A stretch of 32,000 bases of DNA from Polynucleobacter sp. AP-Nino-20-G2 (GCF_018688235.1 NZ_CP061313.1:1622452-1654451), one strand, 5' to 3'. Numbered from the stretch's first letter, positions 1 through 9,369 are shown. Numbers and translations are program-made. The notes: generated from the letters alone by a model not told the origin.

Positions 1-1
1 A

Positions 2-562
2 TCCCCAGAGCCAATGCAAGGATTGGTAGTTATTGCAGTAGCAGCCTCAGGGATTGTTATTAATGCCCTAGCAGCCCTACTCTTTATTAAAAATGAGCAT
101 CAAGACCTAAATTTAAGGGCCGCCTTTTTGCACATGATTTCAGATGCCTTAGTTTCTCTTGGCGTTTTGATTGCAGGGGTGCTCTATTTATGGTTTGAGT
201 GGGCTTGGCTGGATCCCGTGCTAAGCCTGGCTATCTCTGTAATTATTATCGTGAGCGCACTCAATCTATTTAAGAAAACGCTACACATGATGTTCGATGG
301 CGTACCTGACTCAATCGAGTTGTCCAAGGTTTATGACTATTTAAAATCAATTCAAGGGGTTAGCAAGGTGCAGGATTTACATGTATGGGCAATGAGCACC
401 TCTGACATTGCTTTAACAACCCAACTCATTATTCCCAACTGGCAGCATGATGATGGATTGATTGATGAGATCCAAGATGCATTGTTAACTCAATTTAATA
501 TCTCTCATGCCACCATACAAATAACGAAAGCGCCCACCAGTACATCTTGCTCAAATTTATAA
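2..562 (+). CDS. Cation diffusion facilitator (CzcD/ZitB-like) metal efflux protein, C-terminal part; the gene runs off the left edge
   Basis: The frame stays open back to nt 2. It has hydrophobic helices, the CDF-type stretch NLRAAFLHMISDALVSLGV and a C-terminal cytoplasmic domain (VQDLHVWAMS...). Confidence 0.85.
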   Translation, partial: SPEPMQGLVVIAVAASGIVINALAALLFIKNEHQDLNLRAAFLHMISDALVSLGVLIAGVLYLWFEWAWLDPVLSLAISVIIIVSALNLFKKTLHMMFDGVPDSIELSKVYDYLKSIQGVSKVQDLHVWAMSTSDIALTTQLIIPNWQHDDGLIDEIQDALLTQFNISHATIQITKAPTSTSCSNL

Positions 563-564
563 AT

Positions 565-936
565 CTATGTTTCGCCTTCTTGCTCAGCCTCAACAATCAT
601 CGCAACCAAAGAAAAGAGCCCTTCTTCTTCGGCATTCTCTGAAATCAGATCTAAAGGTGCCCCAGCATCAATCAGTTTGGCAGTTTCGCTTGAAGCCGGC
701 AGGCCTTTTCTAAACTCCAACAAACGGGATCGAACAATATCTAATGGGTTGCTTTCGGGAGGTTCTCCCACCTGAAGCGCCTCAAATATTGCGCCAGCCA
801 GTTCATGCATTCCTTCGCTAGTGGCTGTTGATGCAATTTTCTCAGGAGATAGTCCAGCATCAATTGCCAGCGCAGTATTACTGTGATTTGGAATAGAGCC
901 CTTCGATTCGTCAAGAATTCGCTTAATAGTGTCCAT
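565..936 (-). CDS. Hypothetical acidic protein with an internal two-fold repeat
   Basis: ATG start with GAGAGG about 13 nt upstream. The two halves align (..TALAIDAGLSPEKIAS..SEGMHELAGAIFEALQVGE vs ..TAKLIDAGAPLDLISE..EEGLFSLVAMIVEAEQEGE). I do not recognise the family. Confidence 0.5.
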   Translation of the reverse strand: MDTIKRILDESKGSIPNHSNTALAIDAGLSPEKIASTATSEGMHELAGAIFEALQVGEPPESNPLDIVRSRLLEFRKGLPASSETAKLIDAGAPLDLISENAEEEGLFSLVAMIVEAEQEGET

Positions 937-968
937 GCGTACAAATGCCTCTCTGTAGCACCCTGCAA

Positions 969-1547
969 TTAGAAAATAGAGCTGTAATCAGTATAGGCAG
1001 GCCTTACTCGACCATCTTTATGCTTAATGACAGTACCAATCGTAATAAATACCAACGGCTCATCATCACCCTCAAGCTTAAAGAGCTTTTTCATCTCGGA
1101 ACTATAGAGTGCATGACCACTAGATAACCCCGCTCCAAACCCCATGGCATGAGCAGTGAGGATGATATTTTGAACCGCGCAGCCAGCTGAAATTAACTTC
1201 TCATTACGTGGAATTTTGTTATCCCCTGTTCCATACTTAGCAACAGCCAGCAGTAGATAAGGTCCACGCAAAGCCTTTCCATGCGCCTCATCTAATTGCT
1301 CTGGTGTTGCACCAGGATCTCGCTCCTTCAAGTTATGAGAAAACACTCTGCCGAGCAATACCCTGCCAGCATCGGAAATTTCATAAAAATGCCATGGCGT
1401 AACTAGCCCATGGTCTGGGGCAGTTCCAGCGGCCTCCAGAATGATTTTCTTTTGCTCTTCAGTGGGCCCAGGACCACCCAAGCGCTTCGGAGAAATATGA
1501 TGCCGTGTGCGCATCAACTCAGATACTAGCGGGACAATGTCTTCCAT
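969..1547 (-). CDS. NAD(P)H nitroreductase family protein (YdjA-like)
   Basis: About 190 aa with the YdjA-type pattern: RHHISPKRL..PGPTEEQ, APDHGLVTPWHF, EKLISAGCAVQNIILTAHAMGFG. Confidence 0.8.
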   Translation of the reverse strand: MEDIVPLVSELMRTRHHISPKRLGGPGPTEEQKKIILEAAGTAPDHGLVTPWHFYEISDAGRVLLGRVFSHNLKERDPGATPEQLDEAHGKALRGPYLLLAVAKYGTGDNKIPRNEKLISAGCAVQNIILTAHAMGFGAGLSSGHALYSSEMKKLFKLEGDDEPLVFITIGTVIKHKDGRVRPAYTDYSSIF

Positions 1548-1563
1548 TTTTTACCTATTTAGG

Positions 1564-1594
1564 AATAAAAAAGGGGTGAGAAAAACTCACCCCC
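1564..1594 (-). terminator. Rho-independent terminator after aioA
   Basis: Minus strand reads GGGGTGAG-TTTTT-CTCACCCC followed by TTTTTTATT, 19 nt after the aioA stop. Confidence 0.75.
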
Positions 1595-1612
1595 AAGTCA
1601 GGACAAAATCAA

Positions 1613-4093
1613 TTAAACATCAGCGTATGCTCTGCGCTTAAACGATACAGTACGTTTAAAGTCACTCATGGTGCCAACACGCTTAATGTTTGCATAAGTG
1701 CCTTTGTAGTACGGAATCACGTTTCTATCAACCCACTCAGTTGTCACATCACCTGCTACACCTTTAACATAACCAAAGAGCATAAAGGTCTGCTTAGGCT
1801 TGGCATCTTTTACTGGATAGGCCATCGCAAAAGTAGATCCGTAGTCATTAAACACTTCAACGACATCGCCTGCACTAATACCCAGTGCTGAAGCATCTGC
1901 TGGGTTAATTTCTAAATAGGCCATTGGATAACGTCCACGGACAAACTCGTTGTACTGGTCATGGTAAGCCGTCTGCCATACCTCATTAGCTCTTCCATTG
2001 TTAATCCAGAAGGCATATTTCTGCTTTTGACCCTCAACAGGCTTTGGTAATCCTGGCCATGGTGAAGGCTTAAAGTGCGCCTTACCGTCATCAGTATCAA
2101 ACTTGTTATCAGCGTAAATCATTGGGGTGCCGATTAACTTATCGCCCTGCACTTCTTTAATTGGAAGCTGGACTCCGTTGTTGCCTGCTTTAGCCAATAG
2201 GGCATAAGTCGCCATGTAACCTGTGTCACCACCTTGGCTATCAATTGGGCCGGCGCCTGGACGACCTGCCTGACGGAATCCGTCATTGAAAGCATCTTCT
2301 TCGGTTTTCCAATCAAAGCCTGAAAAGCGTTTTGCCATTGCTGCATTACCCTCCTTCTCGTATTGAGCTTTGATAGTGTTAGCTACCATTGCAGCAATAA
2401 TGCAATCTGGTTTTGCCTCGCCTGGAGCATCCATAAACTTCTGAGATAAACGCATACGGCGTTCACCATTCATAGAAGTTAAATTCATCTCGCCAGGCTG
2501 GGTGGCTGGCAGCATAATTTGAGCAGCTTCTTTTAGAGATGTTGGGTACAAGTTAATACTCGCAACAAACAAACCACCCCGTGATGTTGCATCGTAAATG
2601 GCATTAACCATCTCTTCGGGTGAGGCGCCACGAGTTTTAGACATTGCTTCTTTCACGATCTGAGACCGCTTAAGAACCACCTCTCTTAATTGCTGAGCAT
2701 TGTTAGATGTTTGGAAGTTGTTGCAACCCCACCAAGTCATCATGCGGCCATTGCCTTTAATAATCTCTTGATCAATGTAAATCTTCTCGCCTGTTGGATG
2801 TGGTGGACGTGTGTAGCCCTCTTGGTGTCCACCCATACGCACTACGCCTGTACCACGACGACCTACGTTATGCGTTGCAATGACCAAATCCACTAAAGCA
2901 GATTGGATAAGGTAGTTGTCATTACCCCAAATAATGCCTTTTTCATATGAGTGCATTGCGCGCGGCATTGCACCATTAGCCTTTGGCTTATAGCTCCACT
3001 CCGCAGCCTTCTTAAGTTTATCTATTGATACGCCAGTGATCTTGCTGCACTCTTCAAGGGATAAATTATTAGCCTTAGCTGCCTCGTCAAAGCCCTTTGT
3101 ATGTTTAGCAATAAAGTCTTTATCAATCCAACCTTGCTCAATTACATAGGTAAACAGACCATTAAATAAAGCAATGTCAGTTCCAGGCTGAATATCTAAA
3201 TGCAATGTACGGTCTTTTGCTTGCAATTCACATAAGGAGATGGTGTTATTTTTCCGAGGGTCAACAAAAATGACTTTGCCTTCACCGACTGGCTCATTAC
3301 CAAACATATTCTTTTTCTTATCAACTGTAGAGCCAACAATATTTGGCAACCAGTGATTCAAGAAATAATTTGTTTGAGTCTCATAGGGATTGCCACCAAT
3401 AGACCAAATAACATCTGCTAATTGAGCATCTTCATAGCTATTATTCAGTTCGCCAATGCCCATTTCACGGGTAGCATGGCACTCCGAGTTATACGCTGGA
3501 CGATTATGAATACGCACTGATGGGGTTTGAATGGCGCTAAACATCAACTTGCCTGAACCCCAGGTATTCTCAAAACCACCACCTGCACCACCATGGTCAA
3601 ACGTAGAGTAAAAAATTGAACGTGGGCCATCGTTATCAATAATCTTCTTAATAAGTCCCGCATAAACTGCCATAGCGTAATCCCAGGTAGTGTCAAGCCA
3701 CTGATCACCAGCATAAAACTGTGGTAGCTGTAGGCGCTCCTGTGTAATACCTTGAGGGTTATACATATACGTTGCCATCTTGCCGCCACGCGTAGAACTC
3801 AAACCACTATTCACGACGCACGCCTTGTCAGGAACAATCATGATGTTAGAACGCTTGCCGTTCTTGTCCACAATGGTATTAGTCATCGCTGGCGTGAGAG
3901 TTACAGCCATTGGAGGAAGCTGCTTACGGAAATCTAAACCCAACGCATTTTGATTTGGGGCTCTTCCACCCTCTTTATTTGCATCCCACTTGTACACGTT
4001 ATATCCGCACCCTACGATACAGAAGTGGCAGGTCATATTTGTTTTTTGAGCATCAACTGGGGGTAATGCAATACGGTCATTAAATGTTGTCAT
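1613..4093 (-). CDS. aioA: Arsenite oxidase large (molybdopterin) subunit AioA
   Basis: 826 aa. N-terminal 3Fe-4S motif [14 protein letters not shown]. Long stretches match my memory of Alcaligenes/Herminiimonas AioA ([52 protein letters not shown]). Confidence 0.95.
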   Translation of the reverse strand: MTTFNDRIALPPVDAQKTNMTCHFCIVGCGYNVYKWDANKEGGRAPNQNALGLDFRKQLPPMAVTLTPAMTNTIVDKNGKRSNIMIVPDKACVVNSGLSSTRGGKMATYMYNPQGITQERLQLPQFYAGDQWLDTTWDYAMAVYAGLIKKIIDNDGPRSIFYSTFDHGGAGGGFENTWGSGKLMFSAIQTPSVRIHNRPAYNSECHATREMGIGELNNSYEDAQLADVIWSIGGNPYETQTNYFLNHWLPNIVGSTVDKKKNMFGNEPVGEGKVIFVDPRKNNTISLCELQAKDRTLHLDIQPGTDIALFNGLFTYVIEQGWIDKDFIAKHTKGFDEAAKANNLSLEECSKITGVSIDKLKKAAEWSYKPKANGAMPRAMHSYEKGIIWGNDNYLIQSALVDLVIATHNVGRRGTGVVRMGGHQEGYTRPPHPTGEKIYIDQEIIKGNGRMMTWWGCNNFQTSNNAQQLREVVLKRSQIVKEAMSKTRGASPEEMVNAIYDATSRGGLFVASINLYPTSLKEAAQIMLPATQPGEMNLTSMNGERRMRLSQKFMDAPGEAKPDCIIAAMVANTIKAQYEKEGNAAMAKRFSGFDWKTEEDAFNDGFRQAGRPGAGPIDSQGGDTGYMATYALLAKAGNNGVQLPIKEVQGDKLIGTPMIYADNKFDTDDGKAHFKPSPWPGLPKPVEGQKQKYAFWINNGRANEVWQTAYHDQYNEFVRGRYPMAYLEINPADASALGISAGDVVEVFNDYGSTFAMAYPVKDAKPKQTFMLFGYVKGVAGDVTTEWVDRNVIPYYKGTYANIKRVGTMSDFKRTVSFKRRAYADV

Positions 4094-4108
4094 GGCGATT
4101 ATCCCGTC

Positions 4109-4627
4109 TTAAAGAATATTAGAAGCGCGGCCATAAATGAGGCCATTCACACCAACCGCTTTGAACGAGTCAGTGCCTGAGTCATACTTCAATTCAATTT
4201 TTGGCAGATTTTCTGTTGCCTGACCGCATACCATTTGACCCAAGTGCTCTGGATCAAAAACGCTAAAGTGACATGGGCATTTAAATGTCTTAGCCTGTTG
4301 GTCGTAATTAACGGGGCAACCCATATGCGTACACAGTGTGCTGTAAGCAACTACATCATTATTGGGGCCAACTCCCCCGGCGACCGGTCCATCCATTTTG
4401 ATCGCAACACATGGGGAACTTGCGTCAGGGTAAGTAAAGTTCACTGGGGTATTTACCTTCATTCCTGCAGATTTACCAATGTTACGCTCTGGATAGGCTA
4501 AAACCGCACCATTGCCTGGAGCCGCATTTGCAGGACTACTCACAAGCGATGCTGCAGAACCAACCGCAACTGCAGAACCAATACCAGTTACCTTTAAGAA
4601 ATTCCGTCTACTTTCATTCGATTCCAT
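4109..4627 (-). CDS. aioB: Arsenite oxidase small Rieske subunit AioB with Tat signal
   Basis: Twin-arginine signal [10 protein letters not shown]. Rieske ligand boxes CTHMGCP and CPCHFS. It lies immediately upstream of aioA in the canonical aioBA order. SD GAGAGGG precedes the ATG. Confidence 0.93.
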   Translation of the reverse strand: MESNESRRNFLKVTGIGSAVAVGSAASLVSSPANAAPGNGAVLAYPERNIGKSAGMKVNTPVNFTYPDASSPCVAIKMDGPVAGGVGPNNDVVAYSTLCTHMGCPVNYDQQAKTFKCPCHFSVFDPEHLGQMVCGQATENLPKIELKYDSGTDSFKAVGVNGLIYGRASNIL

Positions 4628-4765
4628 CTTTTGCCCTCTCTATAAATGTGAACAATTTCTAGAAATAAGTATAAGTTTTAAATTTCGACAAACATAGAAA
4701 TTATGTCGGTTTGATGACTAAGGATTTCCCTAGTAGCCCTAAAGGCTGATGAAAAAAATAGAAAT

Positions 4766-4786
4766 ATTTGTGTGCAGCGCACAAAT
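4766..4786. promoter_or_regulatory. 21-bp near-perfect palindrome upstream of aioB, a possible regulator site
   Basis: ATTTGTGTGCAGCGCACAAAT has 9 of 10 symmetric pairs and lies about 140 nt upstream of the aioB start. The binding factor is unknown. Confidence 0.25.
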
Positions 4787-4933
4787 CATTTTCAATGGTG
4801 GCTGACTGCTCATGGCCGATTTGAGACCTTCAAATTAATAAAAAACCCTACTTTGAGAGTCGCTTGTACACTTAAAAACAGCCACTTAACCACCATCCCA
4901 ATTGATTTGGAATGTTTACAGCATTAATTTTTG

Positions 4934-4970
4934 ACAAAAAAATGCCGGCAATCCCTGAGAATTACCGGCA
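4934..4970 (-). terminator. Rho-independent terminator after the 139-aa ORF
   Basis: Minus strand reads TGCCGGTAAT-TCTCAGGG-ATTGCCGGCA followed by TTTTTTTT. Confidence 0.7.
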
Positions 4971-4989
4971 AATCGTTTAAAACGAATTA
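4970..4989. repeat. Island palindrome copy 1 (AAATCGTTT-A-AAACGAATTA)
   Basis: TCGTTT/AAACGA arms flank a single central base. The motif overlaps the TAA stop (4987-4989) of the minus-strand ORF and abuts its terminator. Confidence 0.7.
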
Positions 4990-5406
4990 GTGATCTCGTC
5001 GCAGTACTGGAATCCCACCGATCAGATCAGGTCCCCTCATCCACAATGGATCCAGAGAGTTACTTGCTATACCGTTCATATAGCTATCTGGATGCAGCAA
5101 GAAAATGGGCTTGCCAAAAAAGTACTGATCTAGCGTTGCTAACTCAATGCAATCGTCACAAAACTTATCCCACCGTTTATTGCCACTCACGGCCTGATCT
5201 AAATGCTGGTTGAAGTACGCATCTTCCTTTAATAACAGCGCCTTTACCCGCTCAAATACATATTGCTTGCGCAATTCAGGCCACTGATTCAATCCATCCT
5301 CCTCATAACCGCTGATATATAAGCCAAATTTTTCATGGCTTGTTAAAACCGCTGTTTTGATACCATAGTCGCCCATGTATAAGGCACTCATTGCTTTATT
5401 TTTCAT
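4987..5406 (-). CDS. Hypothetical protein (139 aa)
   Basis: Intact ORF followed by its own terminator. Weak SD. No recognisable motif. Confidence 0.55.
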   Translation of the reverse strand: MKNKAMSALYMGDYGIKTAVLTSHEKFGLYISGYEEDGLNQWPELRKQYVFERVKALLLKEDAYFNQHLDQAVSGNKRWDKFCDDCIELATLDQYFFGKPIFLLHPDSYMNGIASNSLDPLWMRGPDLIGGIPVLRRDH

Positions 5407-5423
5407 TTTTCATTTCCATTAGC

Positions 5424-5458
5424 TATATAAAAACGTCTGCAATGTTTAATTGCAGACG
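5424..5458 (-). terminator. Rho-independent terminator after the 108-aa ORF
   Basis: Minus strand reads CGTCTGCAA-TTAAACA-TTGCAGACG followed by TTTTTATATA. Confidence 0.75.
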
Positions 5459-5459
5459 C

Positions 5460-5478
5460 AAATCGTTTGAAACGATTT
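5460..5478. repeat. Island palindrome copy 2 (AAATCGTTT-G-AAACGATTT, perfect 9-bp arms)
   Basis: Perfect 19-bp palindrome overlapping the TAA stop (5477-5479) and abutting the terminator. The layout is the same as for copy 1. Confidence 0.75.
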
Positions 5479-5803
5479 AGAAGTGGGCCGTCTCGATAAC
5501 GCTGCCATCAAACGCATTAATAGATTTCCAAAAAATTGAGCCATAGCGTAATTTGGCTAAGTCATACTGCGCCATACATTGACCCAGCAATGCCCCAGCC
5601 TCTAACAATGCTAATTCACTGCCATCTTCATAGGGGATTGCCAACCTCACAGTCTCATCGGTTCCGTCAGAGATAAAGGCACACTCCTCTCCGTCAGCTT
5701 CAATAACAGCATCAGCCAAGAAAAACTCCAGCTCTTTTACGGTTTTAGCATTTGCATGCTTTGCTGCCAATTGAATATTCATCGTTACAAATTTTGTTGC
5801 CAT
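5477..5803 (-). CDS. Hypothetical acidic protein (108 aa; start moved to the ATG at 5803)
   Basis: AAGGAG lies 7 nt upstream of the ATG at 5803. The track start at 5845 would overlap the upstream gene and has no SD. Confidence 0.6.
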   Translation of the reverse strand: MATKFVTMNIQLAAKHANAKTVKELEFFLADAVIEADGEECAFISDGTDETVRLAIPYEDGSELALLEAGALLGQCMAQYDLAKLRYGSIFWKSINAFDGSVIETAHF

Positions 5804-5823
5804 AGTATTTCTCCTTATTCCTA

Positions 5824-6549
5824 TTAGATGGTGACTGCTTGACACTGTGACACTATGGGCGCTGCTACATTTGACTTATTTGCGTAGTAGTGCTTCACAA
5901 TTTGCTTGCTGGCATTTAGTACACCCCGACCACTACCCTTGCAAGCAGCCGCCACATCAATAAGCACCTGATCGGGAATGCCCAATACCCCGTAATAACT
6001 AAGCACCCTGCTCATAACAGGCAGCCAATGACTACTAGGTGCCGCAGTAAAATCGACTACATGACAGCGATCAATTACTGCACGATCAATTTTTGATAAA
6101 TTATTGGTTGTCAAAATAAACACTGCATGTTGACTGCCCCCATTCATCGCGGTTTTAAGCGATGGCATATAAGCACCAGTTAAGTTATCCACCTCATCTA
6201 ATACAAAATAGTGAAATGCATCGATGGGTGTGAAGTTACAGCGATTAGCAATACTTACCATCATTTGTGCGTGATTTGACGTAGCAGCAATGTCAAAATA
6301 CTGCGGCAACTGTGCATCTTGTCCGCTATGCGCTTGCTCAATCAAATCGGGCAATATTTTTGCCAAAGCACTTTTGCCAGTCCCCACATCCCCATATAAC
6401 AAAATGCCGTTTTTTCCCGATCCAGGAAAGCCGCCATTTTTAGCAATGCAGTCCTCAATCATCTGCTTCGCTTTTGCATCTTTAAAAACTACATCGCCCA
6501 ATACTTTAGGCTGAAACTTCTCATCAAAATTACTAAAATCAGGTTGCAT
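5824..6549 (-). CDS. AAA+ ATPase, RFC/clamp-loader-like, lacking a collar domain
   Basis: RFC-box-like KFQPKVLGDVV. Walker A GDVGTGKS, Walker B FVLDEVD, sensor-1 ILTTNN, SRC-like IDRC. GGAGG SD. Confidence 0.8.
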   Translation of the reverse strand: MQPDFSNFDEKFQPKVLGDVVFKDAKAKQMIEDCIAKNGGFPGSGKNGILLYGDVGTGKSALAKILPDLIEQAHSGQDAQLPQYFDIAATSNHAQMMVSIANRCNFTPIDAFHYFVLDEVDNLTGAYMPSLKTAMNGGSQHAVFILTTNNLSKIDRAVIDRCHVVDFTAAPSSHWLPVMSRVLSYYGVLGIPDQVLIDVAAACKGSGRGVLNASKQIVKHYYANKSNVAAPIVSQCQAVTI

Positions 6550-6612
6550 AAAACCTCCAATGAATGATTGCTACAGGACAATTAATCCCGCAGCAATCTG
6601 TTTAGTTAAAAA

Positions 6613-7632
6613 TTACTCAGCCATTGCCGCTGCTTGCGCTGCCAACTGATCTACTTGGTCAACATCGCTTGCCTGCGCCTGCTCTTCTTGTTCGTTAGCA
6701 ATAGCATCTTTGCTAACCTTGTAAAATGCTAACAACGCTGCGTTTACTACCGCTTTATCGCTAAGCCCAGCACGTACTGCGTACTTGCCGCCCGATAAAG
6801 GTGTAGCAATGAGCACGATTTGCCCTGCTGTAGCGTCCACTTTTTGCGCTAAGACTGCACTGTCAAACACGGCCAGCTCACGTGCATTTGCCCATTGCTG
6901 CGCTTGCACCAGTTTTTCGTCACGTGTTAGTAATGCAGAACCTGCGCCATTTGATTTTTTGCTTTCTGCATTAGCCAAGCGCATTGCAGTTAAGCCCCCT
7001 TCAAAATTTTGCACGTATTGTGCAAAATCAGCAGGTTCGCAGCCTTTCTTTTTTGCGTAAGCAATAGCTGAGTAGTAGCTATTAATTTTTCTAGCATCTG
7101 CACCAATAAATACGCACATTAAAAACTTGCTGAGCACATACGTTTTTGGTGTCATATTAATGTTGCGATCCAGCATGTATGCATCCAAGCGATTTAAAAT
7201 ACGCTTTTGCTCCTTCTCACTCTGCTGCAAGAACAAGTCATACTTTGCGTAGCACTTGCCCACAATGCTATTTAAAAATGCATTGCTACGGGCCTCTGCA
7301 ACATTTAGCTCTCGCTGATATTTCCCGTACTCTGCCGCAAGATCATCTAACTCTGTTATCAGATCACCCATTGCAGCCGCCCCTATAAGCGTTTCAAAGT
7401 CAATAGACTTAGCAGCACCGCTGCCATCGCTCATAAATTGCGCTCGCACGTCGTACCATTCTTGCTTTTGTCCAATGCTTGCCTTCTCTAGCTCACGCAA
7501 AGCCTGCTGCGCTTGCTCTTCAGAAGTACCGCTAACCGTTACCTCCGCCCCTGTGTCTTGCATAAACTTTTCAATGTCTATTGCCTGTGCTGCTGTGTTT
7601 ACTGCTTGTGTGTTTACTAATGTTGCTTCCAT
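6613..7632 (-). CDS. Hypothetical Ala/Gln/Glu-rich protein (339 aa)
   Basis: AAGGAG SD. It sits in an operon with the flanking minus-strand genes. No recognisable domain. Confidence 0.65.
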   Translation of the reverse strand: MEATLVNTQAVNTAAQAIDIEKFMQDTGAEVTVSGTSEEQAQQALRELEKASIGQKQEWYDVRAQFMSDGSGAAKSIDFETLIGAAAMGDLITELDDLAAEYGKYQRELNVAEARSNAFLNSIVGKCYAKYDLFLQQSEKEQKRILNRLDAYMLDRNINMTPKTYVLSKFLMCVFIGADARKINSYYSAIAYAKKKGCEPADFAQYVQNFEGGLTAMRLANAESKKSNGAGSALLTRDEKLVQAQQWANARELAVFDSAVLAQKVDATAGQIVLIATPLSGGKYAVRAGLSDKAVVNAALLAFYKVSKDAIANEQEEQAQASDVDQVDQLAAQAAAMAE

Positions 7633-7656
7633 TTTTACTACTCCTTGTTTGTTAAA

Positions 7657-8037
7657 TTAATGTGTTACTGCTACTGCTGTTACGTCGTCCTGCAAAGTTG
7701 CTACTGCTGCGTTAACTAACGTATCCGTTAAGCTTGCACATTTACGTGTTAAGTACAGTGCAACAATGCATTCGTCCGTCATATGCCCATCTCCATCTAC
7801 TACAAAATCTAATTCTTCTTCCAACTCCGTCAGCATCGTTAGCAACAGCTCTTCTTTATCGCTGCGCTGTTTAATGCTGTCGTAATACTCTTTAACTTCT
7901 TGCATCTGTCTGCAAAACAATATTTCAGCTTCAGCTTCAAAACTTTGCTGCTTGCTTGCAACAATGTTTGCTAAAGCCAGTGCCGCTGCTGTATTACCGC
8001 TTGTTGCTGCGTTTGTGTTTAATCGTGCTGTTTTCAT
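7657..8037 (-). CDS. Hypothetical protein (126 aa), first gene of the minus-strand operon
   Basis: ATG with AAAGGTAG upstream. It ends 24 nt before the next gene. Confidence 0.6.
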   Translation of the reverse strand: MKTARLNTNAATSGNTAAALALANIVASKQQSFEAEAEILFCRQMQEVKEYYDSIKQRSDKEELLLTMLTELEEELDFVVDGDGHMTDECIVALYLTRKCASLTDTLVNAAVATLQDDVTAVAVTH

Positions 8038-8069
8038 TTACTACCTTTCAATATGTGTTTAAAAAAATT

Positions 8070-8327
8070 ACTAAGTGCTGCTTTACTGTTTGTTATTAAA
8101 TTTGCTGCACTATTAGTAGTGCGCTGTGCTGCTAATCCCTGCACTCGCTTAAAGTCAAGCAAGTAGCAGTTTTGTGTTGTTAATGCTTTTTGCATGTAGC
8201 ACCCCCGTGCAAGTTAGTAACTGCGTTAATAAGTCCTGCACAGCAACTACATATAAGTAGTGCTGTACTACGTGAAATTGCGTGTTTAAAGCGACTGATT
8301 TGTTAAAGAGCGGCAGCAGTGCTGCGG
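8070..8327. repeat. Cluster of short GC-rich repeats (GTGCTGC, AGTAGTGC, GTAGCA) in a divergent intergenic region
   Basis: GTGCTGC occurs at about 8076, 8126 and 8319. AGTAGTGC occurs at about 8115 and 8256. AGTAGCAG is at 8162 and TGTAGCAC at 8195. Confidence 0.5.
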
Positions 8328-8409
8328 TATGTAATGAGAATATTCCTGAACACATATGCTTGAAAATTGCTTGTTATAATTAATGCTATAACTATCAATA
8401 GATTTTTTT

Positions 8410-9369
8410 ATGGAAAACCGCAAATTCCGCATCAAAATTAAAAAAACGGGTGGCTATGCACTAAAGCGATGGTGGTTTTATGCGCTAATGGCAAGTGAGA
8501 GTTATGTCTTAGCTCACGCCTTCAGGGAGGGCAGGCTCTCCACGGAGCAGATTGCCAGCCTACCCTGGGACTTCAGTAGAGTCTTGCAAACCTATGACAA
8601 CTTTGGCTGGGTAGGCAATATCACCTTTACCGATTGGCTTAAACGCAAAGATAAGGTGCTATTTAGAACCGAAAAGCAATTGCCGAGCGTTTCTACAATC
8701 ACCCGCATACCCCGTGGTGACGCAGGTGATCCCAATAAGATTATTGATGATGTAATGAAGCATCTTTATGGCACTAGGGATAATCAAAATTTCCCCAATG
8801 CCCTACTTCTATCAATTCCACTAAATCTTTCCAAGCAATCCATCTTTAGGCAAATCGCTCAAAAAATCGATGTTTACAAGCAGTCGCCTAGAAAAGCTAA
8901 CAACCCAGTTGACCTTGAAGTACCGCTATACAGATTTAGAGCAAATAAATTAAAAACTACAGCATTTGACTCTAGCCTTAAGACACTCCATACGAAGATC
9001 CGCAACCATGAGTGGCCGCTTTGGAAAGTAGGTACAAAGGTAAATCTGAATGTAGAGGCGGCGATTGAGATTCGCAAAGCCGAGGCAATGCGAGAAGAGA
9101 TTGAAAGAGCTACGGGAAAGCGACCAAAGCCAGAAGATAGCGCCTATCTTGAAAAAATGACAATGAATACACTGGCGCATAGGCAGATCAAATATGCATT
9201 GCTACTGGCGGAAAATGCTGCTCGAGGAAGATTTCCCAGCATTGACCCAATTGTCGATAAAGACGGAAAGACCATCACATTAAAAATGGATTACCCATTT
9301 ATGAGTGCTGAATACGCAATTGCTGAAGCAGAGTTTTATGAGCGATATCCACAACCTGAAATCGTTTAA
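8410..9369 (+). CDS. Hypothetical basic protein (319 aa)
   Basis: Long intact ORF. No clear SD, so the start is uncertain. No family recognised. Confidence 0.55.
   Translation: MENRKFRIKIKKTGGYALKRWWFYALMASESYVLAHAFREGRLSTEQIASLPWDFSRVLQTYDNFGWVGNITFTDWLKRKDKVLFRTEKQLPSVSTITRIPRGDAGDPNKIIDDVMKHLYGTRDNQNFPNALLLSIPLNLSKQSIFRQIAQKIDVYKQSPRKANNPVDLEVPLYRFRANKLKTTAFDSSLKTLHTKIRNHEWPLWKVGTKVNLNVEAAIEIRKAEAMREEIERATGKRPKPEDSAYLEKMTMNTLAHRQIKYALLLAENAARGRFPSIDPIVDKDGKTITLKMDYPFMSAEYAIAEAEFYERYPQPEIV

Noticed and set aside
1636-1658. Inverted repeat TTAAACG-ATACAGTA-CGTTTAA inside the aioA 3' end, resembling the island palindrome arms.
   Set aside because: It lies within the conserved AioA C-terminal coding sequence (KRTVSFKRR) and has different spacing. 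It is most simply explained by coding constraints.
2690-3937. Several 60-80-aa ORFs inside and antisense to aioA, plus similar shadow ORFs in dxs (26053-26487), dnaG, tsaD and ispA.
   Set aside because: All are nested in strongly supported conserved genes, which is typical of out-of-frame or antisense shadows.
4796-4840. TGGTGGCTGACTGCTCATGGCCGATTTGAGACC, which superficially resembles the reverse complement of a tRNA 3' end and could be the left att repeat.
   Set aside because: Beyond TGGTGG it does not match the tRNA-Ile 3' half (TGGTGGGCCCACCAGGACTTGAACC) and cannot form a T-arm. I treat it as chance.
8155-8355. 66-aa minus-strand ORF in the 8.0-8.4 kb intergenic region.
   Set aside because: It has no SD and an odd composition, and it is made up largely of the repeat words. 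A regulatory region is more likely.
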